Shown: one piece after another, positions 1 through 9,580 of the stretch
Position numbering within the stretch: position 1 is the first letter of the stretch
Layout: the number at the start of each line of letters is the position of its first letter
Translations under genes and position numbers: made by a program
NCBI GenBank assembly: GCA_026415495.1
Contig: JAOAGZ010000003.1
Location: forward strand, 1-62,018
Source of the DNA: Ignavibacteria bacterium
GTDB lineage: Bacteria; Bacteroidota; Ignavibacteria; Kapaibacteriales; UBA2268
Length of the DNA stretch: 62,018 nt
Direction of reading: 5' to 3'
Notes under the pieces: model-generated
Databases searched by the model: none
What the model was told of the DNA's origin: nothing
What the model saw: the letters and a program-made list of their open reading frames with translations, nothing else

Positions 1-22
1 CGGAGATGTGTATAAGAGACAG
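1..22. other. Residual Illumina Nextera Read-2 transposase adapter (includes the 19-nt mosaic end); non-biological contig-end artefact
   Basis: Bases 1-22 read CGGAGATGTGTATAAGAGACAG, the last 22 nt of the Nextera Read 2 adapter (..GGGCTCGGAGATGTGTATAAGAGACAG). The minus-strand NuoF-like frame reads ..VMEGAGA and becomes adapter-encoded exactly at base 22/23. Confidence 0.9.
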
Positions 23-954
23 GCACCGGCACCTTCCATTACGTGAAGTTTGAAGTTAAATCCAGTGCCCATAATGTTTTCGCCAAGCAGACCAAGTTCT
101 TCAGCCTGTTTTACTGCTATTTTAAGTCTTCTGACTGCAAAAGGATATTCAGTACGTACATAAATATAACCTTCATCGGCACCAATTGCTTTTGCAGCTA
201 TTATCATTCCTTCGATTACAGAGTGTGGGTTACCTTCCATCACGCTTCTATCCATAAACGCACCGGGGTCGCCCTCATCACCATTACATATCACATATTT
301 TTTGTCAGATTTTTGAACTCTTGTTAACTCCCATTTACGACCTGTTGGGAATCCCCCACCGCCTCTTCCACGAAGTCCAGCATAAGTAATTTCTTCACAA
401 ATATCTTTGTCGGTCATTTCAGCTAAAGCTTTGAATGCTGCTTGATAGCCATTTTTTGCAATATACTCATAAATATCAGAAGGGTTAATATGTCCACATA
501 AACCCAATACTTTTCTCGATTGACGATTGTAAAAACGGATATCTTTAGTATGAACGCAATGCTCACCAGTCAGTGGATCAACAAATAATAATCTATCAAC
601 TGGTTTACCCAAAACCAATGTATGGTCAACGATTTCTTGAACATCTTCTACTTTAACTTTTACATAGTGAATACCGTCGGGTTCAATAGTAACAAGAGGT
701 CCCATCTGGCAAAATCCTTGACAACCACTTTCAGAAACAAGAATCTTATTTTGATTAGTTTCTTCCATTTTTAATTCAACGACACACTCAATTCCTGCTT
801 CCTTAATTTTGGCTACCAATTCATTATATATTTTAAGAGAACCATTCGCGACACAACCAGTTCCAGCGCAAACAATAACTCTTTTTTTCAATGTGTTACT
901 ACTATTATTATATTTTTCTGCTATTGCTTTTAATTCATTAAGCGACTTGAGCAT
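23..954 (-). CDS. NuoF/HydB-like NADH-binding FMN/Fe-S subunit with N-terminal thioredoxin-like [2Fe-2S] domain; 3-prime end lost at contig end
   Basis: Own translation from the ATG at 952-954: MLKSLNELKAIAEKY..VCAGTGCVANGS..SGCQGFCQMGPLV..GLRGRGGGGFPTGRKW..CNGDEGDPGAFMDR..EGAGA. These are 51-kDa complex I family motifs. It is absent from the ORF track because the frame runs off the window. It overlaps the upstream gene by 17 nt. Confidence 0.85.
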
Positions 955-1459
955 TGTTATTCTCCATAGTTATTATTTTATCAATAATTTCTACTATAGT
1001 TTGTGGATTGACTTGTGAATAAACATCTTCATTAATAACCACAACAGGTGCTAATCCACAAGCACCAAGGCAGGATACTTTTTCTAAAGTAAAAAGTAAA
1101 TCGTCAGTTGTATGTTTTTTATCATTAAGTCCCAGCTTTAACTCAATTGCCTCAACTACAGGATTTGAACCTTTTACGTGGCAGGCAGTTCCATCACAAA
1201 CTTTAATAACGTATTTTCCTTTTGGTTCTAAAGCAAAATGGGCATAAAATGTAGCTACCCCATAAAGCTTAGCTGGTGAAATATCAAGCGAAGAAGCGAC
1301 AAAAATCATCACATCTTCCGGCAAATACCTATATTCTTCTTGTATTGCTTGAAGAATAGGTATTAGTTTTGTAGAATCATAATTGTAACTCTTTAAGATT
1401 TCACACACTTTTTCAAATTTACGAACAGGCAAAGAATTCTCGTTGTGCGAACTCATCAC
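938..1459 (-). CDS. NuoE/HydC-like thioredoxin-fold [2Fe-2S] subunit (24-kDa family)
   Basis: 173 aa. The cysteine pattern CDGTACHVKG ... SCLGACGLAPVV (C-x4-C ... C-x3-C) and the length fit the NuoE family. It is translationally coupled to the NuoF-like gene. Confidence 0.85.
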   Translation of the reverse strand: MMSSHNENSLPVRKFEKVCEILKSYNYDSTKLIPILQAIQEEYRYLPEDVMIFVASSLDISPAKLYGVATFYAHFALEPKGKYVIKVCDGTACHVKGSNPVVEAIELKLGLNDKKHTTDDLLFTLEKVSCLGACGLAPVVVINEDVYSQVNPQTIVEIIDKIITMENNNAQVA

Positions 1460-1496
1460 ACTTTCTCCAATTAATTTTCACAAATAAAATTATGTT

Positions 1497-2150
1497 CTAA
1501 AGCAGTGTTTGCTTATAAACAGATAGTTTCCTTGTTAATACTGCTAAAGATTGAGAAAATTGAGCATTTTCAACTATTACATTCTTTGGAACTTTGATTT
1601 GAGTTGGAGCAAAATTCCAGATAGCAACAATTCCCCCTTTTAGCATAATATCCACACATTCTTGTGCAGCTTTTGCAGGCACAGTAAGCACAGCTAAATG
1701 AATTTTCATCAACTGAGCTAATACAGGCAATCTGTCAATACTTAATACTTCAATACCGTGTATTTTTTGACCAACTTTTTCGGGATCGTTATCAAATGCA
1801 GCTACAAAATTTAGCCCATAGTCTTTGAACTGTTTGTAACCTAACATAGCGGTCCCTAAGCTACCAGCCCCTACTAAAAAAGCATTTTCATAACGATTCC
1901 AGTTTAGGCAAGTTTGAATAGCATTGATTAATGAATTGACATCAAAACCAGTTTTAGGCTTTCCAATAATATTTGTATATTGAACATCTTTACGAACTTG
2001 TGTAGAATCTAAACCAAGCTCGTTAGCAATAAATGTAGATGAAACACTTTTTACACCTTGTTCTTTTAGATTTAACAATAGATGCAAATAGTGAGGAAGC
2101 CTTCTTAAAGTAGGCTCAGGAATTACAACAATGTTTTTTTTCGTTAACAT
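1497..2150 (-). CDS. rex: Redox-sensing transcriptional repressor Rex
   Basis: 217 aa with an N-terminal winged helix (LRRLPHYLHLL) and a Rossmann GxGxxG motif (VGAGSLGTA). It lies directly upstream of the NuoE/NuoF-like genes. Confidence 0.9.
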   Translation of the reverse strand: MLTKKNIVVIPEPTLRRLPHYLHLLLNLKEQGVKSVSSTFIANELGLDSTQVRKDVQYTNIIGKPKTGFDVNSLINAIQTCLNWNRYENAFLVGAGSLGTAMLGYKQFKDYGLNFVAAFDNDPEKVGQKIHGIEVLSIDRLPVLAQLMKIHLAVLTVPAKAAQECVDIMLKGGIVAIWNFAPTQIKVPKNVIVENAQFSQSLAVLTRKLSVYKQTLL

Positions 2151-2179
2151 TTTACAGCTCCTTAATCAGTAATGCTGTA

Positions 2180-2197
2180 TTGATAAAATATTATCGA
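2180..2197. promoter_or_regulatory. Candidate Rex-operator-like inverted repeat upstream of rex
   Basis: TTGATAAAATATTATCGA is a 7-4-7 inverted repeat with one mismatch, about 30-45 nt upstream of the rex start. It only loosely resembles the TTGTGAA-N-TTCACAA Rex box, and the AT-rich background makes a chance match plausible. Confidence 0.2.
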
Positions 2198-2524
2198 TAC
2201 AAAAATAATGAATTATTTTATTATAAACAAATTTTTTTGCTTTATGATTAAAATAATCTCTACATTTTATTGATTTAATATAATCTAAAGAATCGTTCAA
2301 AAAATCGAACTCCTTGAAAATCCAGCAAATACATATTTCGGAAATATTTATTGAGAGTAAATTAAATAAACTAACGAAACTAAACAAGAAATATTTATCA
2401 ATAAATATAATACAAATAGTCGGAAAAGCATAATAAATATATATATTTTATTATCTCAAAACACAATACCTTTTTTATTTTTTAGTCTATTCTTTTTTAT
2501 TATATTTGAAAATTCAGATAATTA

Positions 2525-2902
2525 ATGAAATTGCTTATGCTAAAACGAAAAAATGAAATTAACCTGCTGGAATTAACACCAACAACAAATTATCAGCACG
2601 AGATTAACGAAGAAGGTTTAGTTGATGTATTAGTCCCTCGTTTTAAGAGTAAGTTTATGCAAAAGTTTATCCCCAAAGGAAGAAGTTTATATATTCGAGC
2701 AAACTTAGATGAAATTGGCTCTAAAGTTTGGTGCTTAATTGATGGAAAATCAAAAGTATTTGAAATTGCTGAATCTTTGAAAAATGATTTAGGAGAAAAA
2801 GCAGAACCTATTTATCCTCGTCTTAATTTATTTTTGACACAATTATATCATAACGGCTTTATATATTTTTTAGAATTAAAAAAGGAGAAAACAAATGTCT
2901 AA
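2525..2902 (+). CDS. PqqD-family (RRE-like) small protein
   Basis: 125 aa. The C-terminal half (GSKVWCLIDGKSKVFEIAESL..LNLFLTQLYHNGFIYF) fits the PqqD/RiPP-recognition-element pattern. It overlaps the pepD start by 8 nt. Confidence 0.6.
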   Translation: MKLLMLKRKNEINLLELTPTTNYQHEINEEGLVDVLVPRFKSKFMQKFIPKGRSLYIRANLDEIGSKVWCLIDGKSKVFEIAESLKNDLGEKAEPIYPRLNLFLTQLYHNGFIYFLELKKEKTNV

Positions 2903-4355
2903 TGTACTTAGCAATTTAAAGCCTGAACTTGTTTGGAAATATTTCGAAGAAATCACTCAGGTGCCACATCCTTCTAAAAAAGAAGAGAAGATAAGGGAAT
3001 ATATGATTAATTGGGCTAAATCGCTCGGTTTGAAGTATAAAACTGATTCTCTTGGTAATCTTGTAATAAAAAAGCCAGCCACTCCTGAAATGGAAAATAG
3101 GAAATCAGTTTGTATCCAAGGTCATCTGGATATGGTTTGTGAAAAAAATAGTGATGTAGAATTTGATTTTGACAACGATCCGTTAAAAGTATACATAGAT
3201 GGGGACTGGGTTAAAGCAGAAGGAACTACTCTCGGTGCTGATAATGGAATTGGAATTGCAATGGGAATGGCTTTGATGGCATCTAACGACATTCAACATC
3301 CTGCATTAGAACTACTTTGCACTCTGGATGAAGAGACAGGGCTTACAGGTGCCATACAATTAGGGACAGATTTGGTAACTGCCGATATACTGATTAATCT
3401 TGATTCTGAGGACGAAGATGCATTTACTATTGGATGTGCAGGAGGATTAAATACCTCTGGTATTTTTAAATACGAAGCAGAAGAAGTTCCTTCAAATCAT
3501 ACACCATTTAAATTATCAATTAAAGGATTACGTGGTGGACACTCAGGTATAGAGATTCACGATGGACGTGCGAATGCTGCCAAATTGTTATCTCGTTTCT
3601 TATGGAATACAATAAGGACAATGCCAATAAAGTTTGTTTCATTCAATAGTGGCAACAAACATAATGCAATTCCTCGTGAAGCTTTTGCTACTGTTTTAGT
3701 TCCTAATGAAAAAATTGATGAATTCAACGAATTAATAGCTCAATATAAGGCTATCTTCAAGAAAGAATATACAACAAAAGAACCAAATTTAGATTTCTTC
3801 TGTGAAAAAGCTGAAATGCCAAACAGAATTCTTAAATCTGAATTAGCTTATAAAGTACTTTCCTCTTTCGTAGCTATGCCTCACGGCGTAATTAGAATGA
3901 GCCCTGATATTGCTGGACTTGTTCAAACTTCGACAAACCTTGCAATCGTAGAGACAAGAGAGAATGAGATTTTTGTCCTAACTTCGCAGAGAAGCTCTGT
4001 TGAATCTGAAAAAAGATTTGTTGAAAATATGGTTTATGCGGCACTTGAATTAGGTGGAGCAACAGTGGCAACAGGTGATGGCTATCCTGCTTGGGAACCA
4101 AATGTTAATTCTGAAATATTAAATGTCGCAAAACAAGTTTATAAAAATGTATTAGGCAAAGAACCTAAAATCGAAGCAATTCATGCCGGTCTTGAATGTG
4201 GACTGATTGGTGAAAAATACCCCGGAATTGATATGTTGTCCTGTGGTCCAAATCTACGCGATGTTCATTCACCTGACGAAAGAGTAAGTATTTCTTCCGT
4301 TCAAAGAATTTGGAATTTCCTTATTGAATTAATGAAGAATATCCCACAAAAATAA
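2895..4355 (+). CDS. pepD: Aminoacyl-histidine (Xaa-His) dipeptidase, M20C family
   Basis: 486 aa. The N-terminus (LKPELVWKYFEEITQVPHPS) and ..MENRKSVCIQGHLDMV.. parallel E. coli PepD, and the length is right for the family. Confidence 0.85.
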   Translation: MSNVLSNLKPELVWKYFEEITQVPHPSKKEEKIREYMINWAKSLGLKYKTDSLGNLVIKKPATPEMENRKSVCIQGHLDMVCEKNSDVEFDFDNDPLKVYIDGDWVKAEGTTLGADNGIGIAMGMALMASNDIQHPALELLCTLDEETGLTGAIQLGTDLVTADILINLDSEDEDAFTIGCAGGLNTSGIFKYEAEEVPSNHTPFKLSIKGLRGGHSGIEIHDGRANAAKLLSRFLWNTIRTMPIKFVSFNSGNKHNAIPREAFATVLVPNEKIDEFNELIAQYKAIFKKEYTTKEPNLDFFCEKAEMPNRILKSELAYKVLSSFVAMPHGVIRMSPDIAGLVQTSTNLAIVETRENEIFVLTSQRSSVESEKRFVENMVYAALELGGATVATGDGYPAWEPNVNSEILNVAKQVYKNVLGKEPKIEAIHAGLECGLIGEKYPGIDMLSCGPNLRDVHSPDERVSISSVQRIWNFLIELMKNIPQK

Positions 4356-4371
4356 CAATTCATTCAATAAA

Positions 4372-4394
4372 AGGCTGTCTCTCAAAGACAGCCT
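4372..4394 (+). terminator. Hairpin terminator after pepD
   Basis: AGGCTGTCT-CTCAA-AGACAGCCT is a perfect 9-bp stem followed by ATTTCA. The T-run is weak. Confidence 0.45.
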
Positions 4395-4431
4395 ATTTCA
4401 TATATTTATATCAAAAAAATTTGTTAATAAT

Positions 4432-4459
4432 AACGGGACGCAAAATAATGCATCCCGTT
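4432..4459. terminator. Hairpin between convergent pepD and the dehydrogenase gene (probably bidirectional)
   Basis: AACGGGACGC-AAAATAAT-GCATCCCGTT forms a 10-bp stem. The single mismatch becomes a G-U pair on the minus-strand RNA. TTTTATTTATTT follows on the plus strand. Confidence 0.5.
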
Positions 4460-4479
4460 TTTATTTATTTCGAATGAAA

Positions 4480-5598
4480 TTATAATCTTTCTGCTATAGC
4501 TTTACCCATTTCTAAAGTAGTATTGCTACCGCCCATATCATATGTTCTCACCTTGCCCTCAGCAATAACCTCTGCTGTGGCTTTTTCGATGCGTTCAGCT
4601 AATTCCTTTTCTCCAAGCCATTCAAGCATCATTTTCCCGGCTAAGATAGTTGCAATCGGATTAACTTTATACATTCCGGCATATTTAGGAGCAGAACCGT
4701 GTGTAGGCTCGAATACTCCAAGATTTTGACCAATATTACCTGAACATCCGAAACCTAAACCACCGACCATTTGAGCACACAAGTCTGAAACAATATCACC
4801 GAAAAGGTTCGGAGCAACTAAAACATCATAATTATTCGGATTTTTCAATAGCCACATAGTAATAGCATCGATATTAGCATCGTCCATTTCAATTTCTGGA
4901 AAATCCTTATGGACTTGATGAGCAGTTTCAAGGAATAGCCCATCAGTGGCTCTCACAACATTAGCTTTGTGAATTACTGTAACCTTTTTTCTATTATGTT
5001 TGCGGGCATATTCAAAAGCAGCACGAATTATTCTATCTGAACCTTTCTTCGTGTTTATTTTGCAAGAAATGGCAAAATCATTTGCGTTATGATTAGCGAA
5101 AGCTCCGAACGGTCGAGATAATTTGGTTAGTACATCTGTTAATTCTTGTGGAACTGGATGAAATTCCACACCAGCATAAAGATCTTCTGTATTTTCACGA
5201 AATACAACTAAATCAATATTGTCTTTATAGTTTAATAAATTGCCTTTATATGCTTTACAGGGACGAAGACAAACATATAAATCAAAGAGCTGACGCATTC
5301 TAACAATTGGAGAACGGTAGATGAGCCCTTTACCTTGGAGTTCTGGGATAAGTTCAGCTTCAGCCTGTTTCACAGGTTTTGAAGTGATTGCACCGAACAT
5401 AGCAGCATCAACTTCTTTAAGCAGATCAATTGTTCTTTGGGGTAAAGCATCACCTTCTTTGCACCAGAATTCCCATCCTATATCGCCGTGGATGTATTCG
5501 GCATTAAAGTTAAGTTTGTCGAAAACGATTTGTGTAGCTTCTAATACTTCTTTTCCTACACCATCACCTGGTAACCAAGCAATTTTGTAACGTTTCAT
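4480..5598 (-). CDS. Isocitrate/isopropylmalate dehydrogenase family protein (beta-decarboxylating dehydrogenase)
   Basis: 372 aa with LPGDGVGKEV at the N-terminus, plus YRSPIVRMRQLFDLYVCLRP, NLFGDIVSD and HGSAPKYAG motifs. ICDH, IPMDH and HICDH cannot be separated by eye. Confidence 0.8.
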   Translation of the reverse strand: MKRYKIAWLPGDGVGKEVLEATQIVFDKLNFNAEYIHGDIGWEFWCKEGDALPQRTIDLLKEVDAAMFGAITSKPVKQAEAELIPELQGKGLIYRSPIVRMRQLFDLYVCLRPCKAYKGNLLNYKDNIDLVVFRENTEDLYAGVEFHPVPQELTDVLTKLSRPFGAFANHNANDFAISCKINTKKGSDRIIRAAFEYARKHNRKKVTVIHKANVVRATDGLFLETAHQVHKDFPEIEMDDANIDAITMWLLKNPNNYDVLVAPNLFGDIVSDLCAQMVGGLGFGCSGNIGQNLGVFEPTHGSAPKYAGMYKVNPIATILAGKMMLEWLGEKELAERIEKATAEVIAEGKVRTYDMGGSNTTLEMGKAIAERL

Positions 5599-5703
5599 AA
5601 CTAGCTCCTATTTTTTTCGTTGATTGAAAAAAAAACATGTGAAGTTTAATATACATTTTTTTCTTATTATATAAAAGAAAAAAAGAAAGTAAATTGGTGG
5701 GAA

Positions 5704-6999
5704 TTAATTCTTATAACGATATTTTTCTGTAATGGATATTGGTCTGACTAATCGAAAATCTCCAAATCCTGTATTATCGAGGAAAAGGAACTCACGATTA
5801 TCAGCATAAATCCAGCGTTCGTAAACACGCCCATCGCTCATAGGATTAGACCTTTCAACTGTAACTGGTTGTCCAAAAATAATATAAACCATACCTCTAT
5901 CTGTCAGCCAACCTTCTGTATATGAACGGAAATTTTCATTAGCATATGCAATACGAAAATAATATTGCTCAAATGCTTCATTACGTTCTGTATTAGGCGT
6001 CGGATCTAAAGATTTCCAAAAATCATTAAAACGAGTAAACTTTTCATCTTCTGACTTAGCAGAGCGAATATAATTAATATCATCAGAATTTGCAACATAT
6101 CTCAGTTGCCTAATGGCTTTATCCAGATCATTTAATACAAAACCACTCAAACGAGTGATAGATTTAATAGAACGTTGAGCAACTGCAAGAATATCCTTTA
6201 TCTCATAATCATCATTATCATTTGGTCTTAGCGCTAATACTCTCAATGTATAATTATTTCGTGAAATTTTAGTAGGTTTCTTTACACGAATAAATAGTCT
6301 ATTTGTTCCAATATCTATTTCTTTCTGAATTTTAGAACCTTGTTCAATAAGTTCATCATTTTCAAAAATTTGATAAAGAAAATCAACCTTTTGATTTGTA
6401 TTTGAATAATATTCGAAAAAAACAAAGAAACCATCTCTCAATCCACCAATATTGTCAGAGATATGAGGAGTAATTTTCCATCTTCCCTTATCTTCTTCAA
6501 TAGAACTGACTAAAAGCAAACCGCTCATCACATTGTCGTATTTTGCAAAATCAATAACACTCATACTTCGAGACTGAGAATATTCAGCCTTTGAGTTTTC
6601 ATCACTCAAAATTGCTCTAATTTGATAGTTCCCTGGCGCTAAAGAAAGCTGCATCTGCCGGACATCAAACTTTGCTGTTGCCCCCAAAGCTATGTTGTAG
6701 TCTCTTTCAACAAGCACTCTATCATAATTTTTCGTTGCGACAGTATTACCAAGAGAATCGTAAACCGTAAGAAAAACATTGATTTTAGCAATAAAATTAT
6801 CTTCAAATTTGATGAAAGTAAGTGATTGATAAGGCACCAACACATAACAATCTATTCGTGCTAAATTGGCAGAATCCCCTTTAAAAATCACAGCATCAAA
6901 GAAAAAAGCCTCTGTCCCATCTTGAATTTTAGATGAATGCGAAAATAATGCATTACTAATTAGCACTAATAAAAAGAAAACAACAACCAATCTATACAT
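5704..6999 (-). CDS. GWxTD domain-containing secreted protein
   Basis: 431 aa with a signal peptide. The C-terminal YTEGWLTDRGMVYIIFGQP matches the GWxTD signature. Confidence 0.8.
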   Translation of the reverse strand: MYRLVVVFFLLVLISNALFSHSSKIQDGTEAFFFDAVIFKGDSANLARIDCYVLVPYQSLTFIKFEDNFIAKINVFLTVYDSLGNTVATKNYDRVLVERDYNIALGATAKFDVRQMQLSLAPGNYQIRAILSDENSKAEYSQSRSMSVIDFAKYDNVMSGLLLVSSIEEDKGRWKITPHISDNIGGLRDGFFVFFEYYSNTNQKVDFLYQIFENDELIEQGSKIQKEIDIGTNRLFIRVKKPTKISRNNYTLRVLALRPNDNDDYEIKDILAVAQRSIKSITRLSGFVLNDLDKAIRQLRYVANSDDINYIRSAKSEDEKFTRFNDFWKSLDPTPNTERNEAFEQYYFRIAYANENFRSYTEGWLTDRGMVYIIFGQPVTVERSNPMSDGRVYERWIYADNREFLFLDNTGFGDFRLVRPISITEKYRYKN

Positions 7000-7013
7000 A
7001 ATATCTCCCCATT

Positions 7014-7670
7014 CTAATCTTGATTAGATTGAGCATAGAGTTTCGAAATTGAATCGTTCATATCTCGATGATAGATATAAGTTCTGTATTCAACTGATGC
7101 GACACAATAACCATTTTCAATTGTTCTCATAGCAAAATCCGCATCATCGCCGTACTTGATATTTCTGAAACCGCCAAGATTAACTGCAACATCCCTTTTC
7201 ACGAAAAAAGAGCCTCCGACATAGCATTCGTCAATATGTACCTGTTTTGAATTATCATAAAAATCAACAACATAAGGGTCGCCAATTATTTCAATACCAC
7301 CATAAAGAAGATCAACTTCAGGATGCTGTAAAAGAATGTTTCGCCTGAGTTCTAAATGATTGTCCTTATATTCATCATCGGAATCCAAAAAAGTGCAGTA
7401 AAGTCCGGAAGAAGAAAGAATTCCTACATTTCTCGAAAGTGGCAACCCTTTATTTTTATGAAACAGATAACGAATTCTTGAATCACTAAAATACTTTGAA
7501 CAAACATTAAAAGTATTGTCTGACGAACCATCATCAACTATGAGAAGCTCCCAATCCTGCTCCTTCTGATTAAGAACTGAAATTATTGCTCTATCTATTA
7601 TATGACCTCGATTATAAGCTGTAAGAATAATCGAAAAAAAAGGAATTCTATTATTATGATAAATATACAT
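7014..7670 (-). CDS. Glycosyltransferase family 2
   Basis: 218 aa with FSIILTAYNRG, VDDGSSDNT and DSDD motifs of the GT-A fold. Confidence 0.8.
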   Translation of the reverse strand: MYIYHNNRIPFFSIILTAYNRGHIIDRAIISVLNQKEQDWELLIVDDGSSDNTFNVCSKYFSDSRIRYLFHKNKGLPLSRNVGILSSSGLYCTFLDSDDEYKDNHLELRRNILLQHPEVDLLYGGIEIIGDPYVVDFYDNSKQVHIDECYVGGSFFVKRDVAVNLGGFRNIKYGDDADFAMRTIENGYCVASVEYRTYIYHRDMNDSISKLYAQSNQD

Positions 7671-9040
7671 TATCTACTAATAACAAATTTTTCGCTTAAA
7701 ATCTGGTTATCTGATTTTATCTGCATAAAATAAATTCCTGATGGAAAACCGTTTGCATTCCAATTAAATGAATTTTCTCCGGCGTTAAAATAGACATTTG
7801 GTAGTTGATATATCTCTTGCCCATACGAGTTAAATATCGTAATATTAACATTTTGTGCATCAGGCAAATAAATTCTAATGTTTAGTATGTCATTCGCAGG
7901 TTGTGGAGAAATTGATAAAATCTTAAAGTCAGAATGCCTATTATTATCAACGCTTGTTTTAAGGTATGTGGATTTGAATAATCCCTCGCCATAAACGCCT
8001 GCGAATATAATAAAACCAGCATCAGTTGTGTCCCAATTAGGTATCATAACTGTTCGAACTGATTTATTGGTAGGCAAACCATTGTTGAAAGCTTCAAAAT
8101 AATGTCCATAGATCGAAGAAACTAAAACTCCGGCATTCCCTGCAGCGGCAGCAACAAGGCGCGGATACCGTGGATGTTCTGCAAATTCAAAAATCTGATT
8201 GCCTGCACCAGTAAAATACTGCCAAGTTTTACCGGTATCTAAGCTTATGTATATTCCTTTTCCAATACTTGAACCATCAACTGTCAGTGAATCCACACCA
8301 CAAAGTACAATAGAAGGATCTATTGATGAAGGCAAAATTGAAAGCACACGTAATCCTTCCAAACCACTGCTTTCGCGGTGCCAAGATCTACCATAATCAT
8401 ATGATCTTAATACTCTCCCCTGAGATGATGCGTCTCCCGATAAAAAGAGTAAATTTGAAATTTTTGAAAAAGCAACTGAACGTGTTTCAACGCTCAAAGA
8501 GGACGAATTGCAAGTAATAAAATCATTATCCGAATAAACAAAGCCTTCACTTGTATTAATCGCGGCAGCAACGAAAAATTCATCTTGATTAATAATAGTT
8601 GAAGATACTCGATATAATTGATTGGAAGATTCGCATAATATATCTTCGCTCCAATTCTCTCCACGGTTTGTTGACAATAATATCCCGCCGCGGGTGAAAT
8701 GTCTGACTGCTACGAACCATTTATTGGGGTATCTTTTAGATTGATATATATCATATACCGATCGCTCATTTAACTGATATTTGGTAAAAGTTTTACCTGA
8801 ATCCATACTTTCCTGATAACCGTTTCCAATAAAAGGGAAATCGATATTCTTTTGCAACACATTAGTTGGGAAACCGCTTGAAGCAACTAATATTCTGTTC
8901 GGCTCATCAACAGGAGAAAAAATTTTGTTAATATAAGGATTGACCCCATCGATTTTTACCCAGTATTGGGCATACGATATTGAGGAAAATAGGAAAAGCA
9001 AAACAGCTACAAACATTAACTTTTTCATATTCAATTTCAA
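7670..9040 (-). CDS. BNR/Asp-box repeat beta-propeller protein with T9SS C-terminal sorting domain
   Basis: 456 aa with a signal peptide and Asp-boxes SMDSGKTF, STNRGENW, SYDYGRSW and SLDTGKTW. The C-terminal ..ISPQPANDILNIRIY..GIYFMQIKSDNQILSEKFVISR is T9SS-CTD-like. Confidence 0.7.
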   Translation of the reverse strand: MKLNMKKLMFVAVLLFLFSSISYAQYWVKIDGVNPYINKIFSPVDEPNRILVASSGFPTNVLQKNIDFPFIGNGYQESMDSGKTFTKYQLNERSVYDIYQSKRYPNKWFVAVRHFTRGGILLSTNRGENWSEDILCESSNQLYRVSSTIINQDEFFVAAAINTSEGFVYSDNDFITCNSSSLSVETRSVAFSKISNLLFLSGDASSQGRVLRSYDYGRSWHRESSGLEGLRVLSILPSSIDPSIVLCGVDSLTVDGSSIGKGIYISLDTGKTWQYFTGAGNQIFEFAEHPRYPRLVAAAAGNAGVLVSSIYGHYFEAFNNGLPTNKSVRTVMIPNWDTTDAGFIIFAGVYGEGLFKSTYLKTSVDNNRHSDFKILSISPQPANDILNIRIYLPDAQNVNITIFNSYGQEIYQLPNVYFNAGENSFNWNANGFPSGIYFMQIKSDNQILSEKFVISR

Positions 9041-9101
9041 AATTTGATAAACAACTACTGTAATATAGCAAAAAGTTGCGATTTATTAAAAATAGTTTAA
9101 A

Positions 9102-9545
9102 TTAAATTCCAGTACTTCCAAATCCTCCATCACTCCTATGAGTATCAGGAAGTTCATCAACGAGTTGAAATTCAGCTTTTTCGTATCGAGCTATTACAAG
9201 TTGAGCAATTCTATCACCACGATTAACAACAAATGGTTCATCCCCAAAATTTGATAAAATAACTTTTATTTCTCCGCGATAGTCGCTATCTATTGTTCCA
9301 GGAGCATTCAAAGCAAATACTCCATATCGAGCAGCCAATCCACTACGTGAACGCACTTGCGCTTCGAATCCATCTGGTAAAGCAATAGCAAGAGAAGTCG
9401 GAACAAGTACTGTTTGCCTTGGTAAAATTATAATTGGTTCGTTTACAGCCGCATAAATATCCATTCCTGCAGAACCAGAAGTTTGATATGTAGGTAATGG
9501 CAAATCATCAAATTGATTATCTAATCGTTTAATTTGAATTTTCAT
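9102..9545 (-). CDS. dut: dUTP diphosphatase
   Basis: 147 aa with GSAGMDI, RSRSGLA, GTIDSDYRGE and C-terminal GGFGSTG motifs. Confidence 0.9.
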   Translation of the reverse strand: MKIQIKRLDNQFDDLPLPTYQTSGSAGMDIYAAVNEPIIILPRQTVLVPTSLAIALPDGFEAQVRSRSGLAARYGVFALNAPGTIDSDYRGEIKVILSNFGDEPFVVNRGDRIAQLVIARYEKAEFQLVDELPDTHRSDGGFGSTGI

Positions 9546-9580
9546 TTTTTCTCAATATTATTCAACATAAAGTATTGGGT

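Noticed and set aside
1466-1490. TTGTGAA half-site between rex and the nuoE-like gene, considered as a Rex operator.
   Set aside because: Only one half of the palindrome is present (the right half matches 3 of 7 positions) and it overlaps the RBS. It is too weak to call as a feature.
2166-2387. 73-aa ORF in the rex / PqqD-like divergent intergenic region.
   Set aside because: It lies in an extremely AT-rich promoter region, has no RBS and a low-complexity translation. It is more likely non-coding regulatory DNA.
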